Virus record (IMG/VR): IMGVR_UViG_3300032243_000035
Coordinates: 1 to 34,361 of that record
Length of the DNA stretch: 34,361 nt
Direction: 5' to 3' (one strand)
DNA from: a virus
In this document: piece by piece, positions 32,576 through 34,361 of the stretch
Layout: each line of letters starts with the position of its first letter
Position numbering within the stretch: the stretch's first letter is position 1
The notes under the pieces: generated by a model
Told to the model about the DNA's origin: nothing
Seen by the model: the letters and a program-made list of their open reading frames with translations, nothing else
Databases searched by the model: none
Position numbers and translations under genes: made by a program

Positions 32576-32917
32576 TTATTGGTCAGCGGCGGGAGTTACA
32601 TACAAAATGCCAGCAGTACCGGAATTGGATTTAGCTGTCAAATAATATGGTGCGGCGGGAGTCACGATGATTACTGGCAAATTCATGGCAGCAGGCAACA
32701 CAAAGTCGCCGTTAGTGCCATCCACCGGAAAGACCGGTGCGCCAGGATCTGTTGGCCCGAATCTCACAGCAATAGGGGCAGCGCCCGTATTAATGAAAGA
32801 TGTGTAGTTGATTTGATCGTTAGTGTTGCTATTAATCAAAACTGCCGCGTGTGCGGTAGAAGTGACCGATAACGCTACTGTCTGACCCGCATTTCTTTGG
32901 ACAGATGATGCGGCCAT
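32576..32917 (-). CDS. Small beta-rich structural-module protein (113 aa).
   Basis: ORF between the capsid and fibre genes. No motif recognised. Confidence 0.5.
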   Translation of the reverse strand: MAASSVQRNAGQTVALSVTSTAHAAVLINSNTNDQINYTSFINTGAAPIAVRFGPTDPGAPVFPVDGTNGDFVLPAAMNLPVIIVTPAAPYYLTAKSNSGTAGILYVTPAADQ

Positions 32918-32919
32918 GA

Positions 32920-33243
32920 TTAGACTACGTTACTAGGAAGTGGACTGTCTTCGCAAGACTTGACACTTACCAACATTACCGCAGCTGCTTGAGTAACAGA
33001 AGCGCCAGTCAGGTTAAGCAAGCGAACAATGATTGCATTGTCTGCGGCTGTGTACGCATTTCCAATACCCACGCCAACAGTTAATGCGGCATCCACTTGA
33101 ACTTGAATAAAATCCGTAGACTTCACGCCAGGGCAAGCAATGGTAACTTCGGTGGAGGTTGTTGCAAACGTGGTTGCGGGTAATGTCAATTGGCAAATGG
33201 TATGCGCTATGACGTTTCCACGCGAGATGGTGGTTTTTGACAT
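32920..33243 (-). CDS. Small beta-rich structural-module protein (107 aa from MSKTTISRG).
   Basis: AAGGA lies 6 nt upstream of the ATG at 33243. The longer ORF-track N-terminus overlaps the terminator U-run. Confidence 0.5.
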   Translation of the reverse strand: MSKTTISRGNVIAHTICQLTLPATTFATTSTEVTIACPGVKSTDFIQVQVDAALTVGVGIGNAYTAADNAIIVRLLNLTGASVTQAAAVMLVSVKSCEDSPLPSNVV

Positions 33244-33280
33244 GATAATTCCTTTACAGAATGGGTTGATTGTACTATCA

Positions 33281-33316
33281 GAAAAAGAAAAAGCCACCCC
33301 TTGTGAGGATGGCTTT
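33281..33316 (-). terminator. Rho-independent terminator downstream of the coat gene and the 143-aa gene.
   Basis: The minus-strand RNA forms AAGCCAUCC-UCACAAG-GGGUGGCUU (9 bp, one G-U pair). It is followed by UUUUCUUUUUC. Confidence 0.6.
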
Positions 33317-33333
33317 TATCTATTTATCCCCGA

Positions 33334-33765
33334 TTAAAACTCGGAGAAATCATACCCGTAGACAAAAATGTCAACAGTACCGCCTGAAACGGCTGTGCCA
33401 ACTTTTACATACAAGGTTTGTGCTGACAAGTTAGTGTTCTTAGTACCAGCGACAACGGTAGCGTTGGTCACGTAGGTAGCAGAAGTGTTGCTTGTCAAAG
33501 ATGCGTTAGTCACAATCTCAGTACCTGTTCCTGCTGGGCCAGTCCAAATAGCCAAAGCGCCGCCGGAAACATCTTTGTTTGCGTTGGTGATGGCTACGTT
33601 CTGTACAGCGTAAGAAGTAGTATTGTTGATTGGAAGAGTAACGCTTGCGTCACCAGTTTGGCCAATTGGAACGGCACTAGCGTAAGCCAAAAGGCGAATC
33701 GCTTGGTTAGTTGCCAAATTGCTTGGGTGAATCGTTACTGTACTTGCGGGTCCTGGATTTGCCAT
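33334..33765 (-). CDS. Beta-rich protein immediately downstream of the coat gene (143 aa). Candidate decoration or head-surface protein.
   Basis: GGAGAAAAC RBS. Co-transcribed with the coat gene and enclosed by the terminator. T/N/A/V-rich. Confidence 0.45.
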   Translation of the reverse strand: MANPGPASTVTIHPSNLATNQAIRLLAYASAVPIGQTGDASVTLPINNTTSYAVQNVAITNANKDVSGGALAIWTGPAGTGTEIVTNASLTSNTSATYVTNATVVAGTKNTNLSAQTLYVKVGTAVSGGTVDIFVYGYDFSEF

Positions 33766-33789
33766 GTTGTTTTCTCCTAATAGGGTTAA

Positions 33790-34361
33790 TTAAGCTGCAA
33801 CGCGGCAGGCGAGTTCAGGGTACAAAGGAGCCCAGCCGTACAACACGTCCAAACGAGTAGGAATGCTATCGTTGTTGATGGTGTACTGACGAACCACACG
33901 CATTGACAGACCGATTTCCTTGTCTGATGCACGACCAGCAAAATGGACACCTTCAGGCAATTCCAAGTCGGCTACTGCAACTGTGAACGCATTGCGGTGC
34001 ATGATGATGTTCTGTGGAGACACGATACCTGTGCTGTTGAACTGAGTGATTGCAGCGGTAGCTGAAGTGCTAGGAATAGTCACGTTTTGGAACTGACCAG
34101 CAGTAATCACAGCAGGCGACACAACCACAGAGCCTGACGAACCTGAAGCAATTGCAACTGTTGACTTAACAACAAAGTTACGCAACTTGTTAGAACCGTA
34201 GGCTTGGCGGTTTTGTGGGTTGACAGCAAACACACCAGCGATAGTGAACGTGTCACCAGCGTTGAGGTTCAAAGTACCTGTGTTAGCAGCAGTCACAGTA
34301 ATAGTGCTTGAAGATGCCCAACCAGAGGTCAAGAATCCAGTAGCAGTAGTAGTAGCGACAG
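33790..34361 (-). CDS. Major capsid protein, C-terminal part. It is the same gene as 1-808.
   Basis: The ORF is open to the window edge. The C-terminus RVVRQYTINNDSIPTRLDVLYGWAPLYPELACRV is coat-like. It sits directly downstream of the scaffold gene once the genome is circularised. Confidence 0.85.
   Translation of the reverse strand, partial: VATTTATGFLTSGWASSSTITVTAANTGTLNLNAGDTFTIAGVFAVNPQNRQAYGSNKLRNFVVKSTVAIASGSSGSVVVSPAVITAGQFQNVTIPSTSATAAITQFNSTGIVSPQNIIMHRNAFTVAVADLELPEGVHFAGRASDKEIGLSMRVVRQYTINNDSIPTRLDVLYGWAPLYPELACRVAA
34239..34361. repeat. Right copy of the 123-bp terminal duplication.
   Basis: Identical to 1-123. Unique genome length is therefore 34,238 bp. Confidence 0.9.

Noticed and set aside
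1-34361. Search for tRNA, rRNA, integrase/att sites and toxin-antitoxin pairs.
   Set aside because: I saw no T-loop-like GGTTCGAATCC-type sequence or cloverleaf candidate in the intergenic spacers. I found no recombinase motifs in any ORF. Nothing is claimed for these categories.

Overview
The window is a complete, circularly closed phage genome. Bases 1-123 are identical to 34239-34361, so the unique length is 34,238 bp. The junction cuts through the major capsid gene, which is in frame across it.

About 85% of the coding runs on the minus strand as one long series:
- early recombination genes: ERF annealase, YqaJ exonuclease and a mini SSB-like protein
- small genes, including a GroES-like co-chaperonin and a ParB-domain DNA methylase
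- packaging: TerS and TerL
- P22-like morphogenesis: portal, scaffold and coat
- small beta-rich proteins, tail fibres and an accessory island with a glycine/cysteine-rich protein and a 2OG-Fe(II) oxygenase
- P22 gp4-like and gp10-like tail hub proteins
- large low-complexity virion proteins, a collar-domain fibre and the lysis cassette (3TM holin, M15 endolysin)
- an HTH-metallophosphoesterase

A short plus-strand operon (10758-13910) starts at a divergent control region. It encodes a Cro-like regulator, a DUF1376 replication protein, a C5 cytosine methyltransferase, a PD-(D/E)XK nuclease and a Ref/HNH-like nuclease. I found no integrase, CI-type repressor, DNA polymerase, tRNA or CRISPR array.

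The most unusual locus is 11997-13089. All three forward frames are open around a G11 homopolymer (12496-12506). The pieces fit two full-length proteins overlapping in different frames over about 0.8 kb: a canonical C5-methyltransferase and a second WPTP/MGWPxGWT-type protein. Both would be completed by the same -1 shift or by one extra G. Two further overlapping small ORFs follow, each positioned for coupling to one of the two frames.

All family assignments are motif recognition by eye and have not been checked by database searches.
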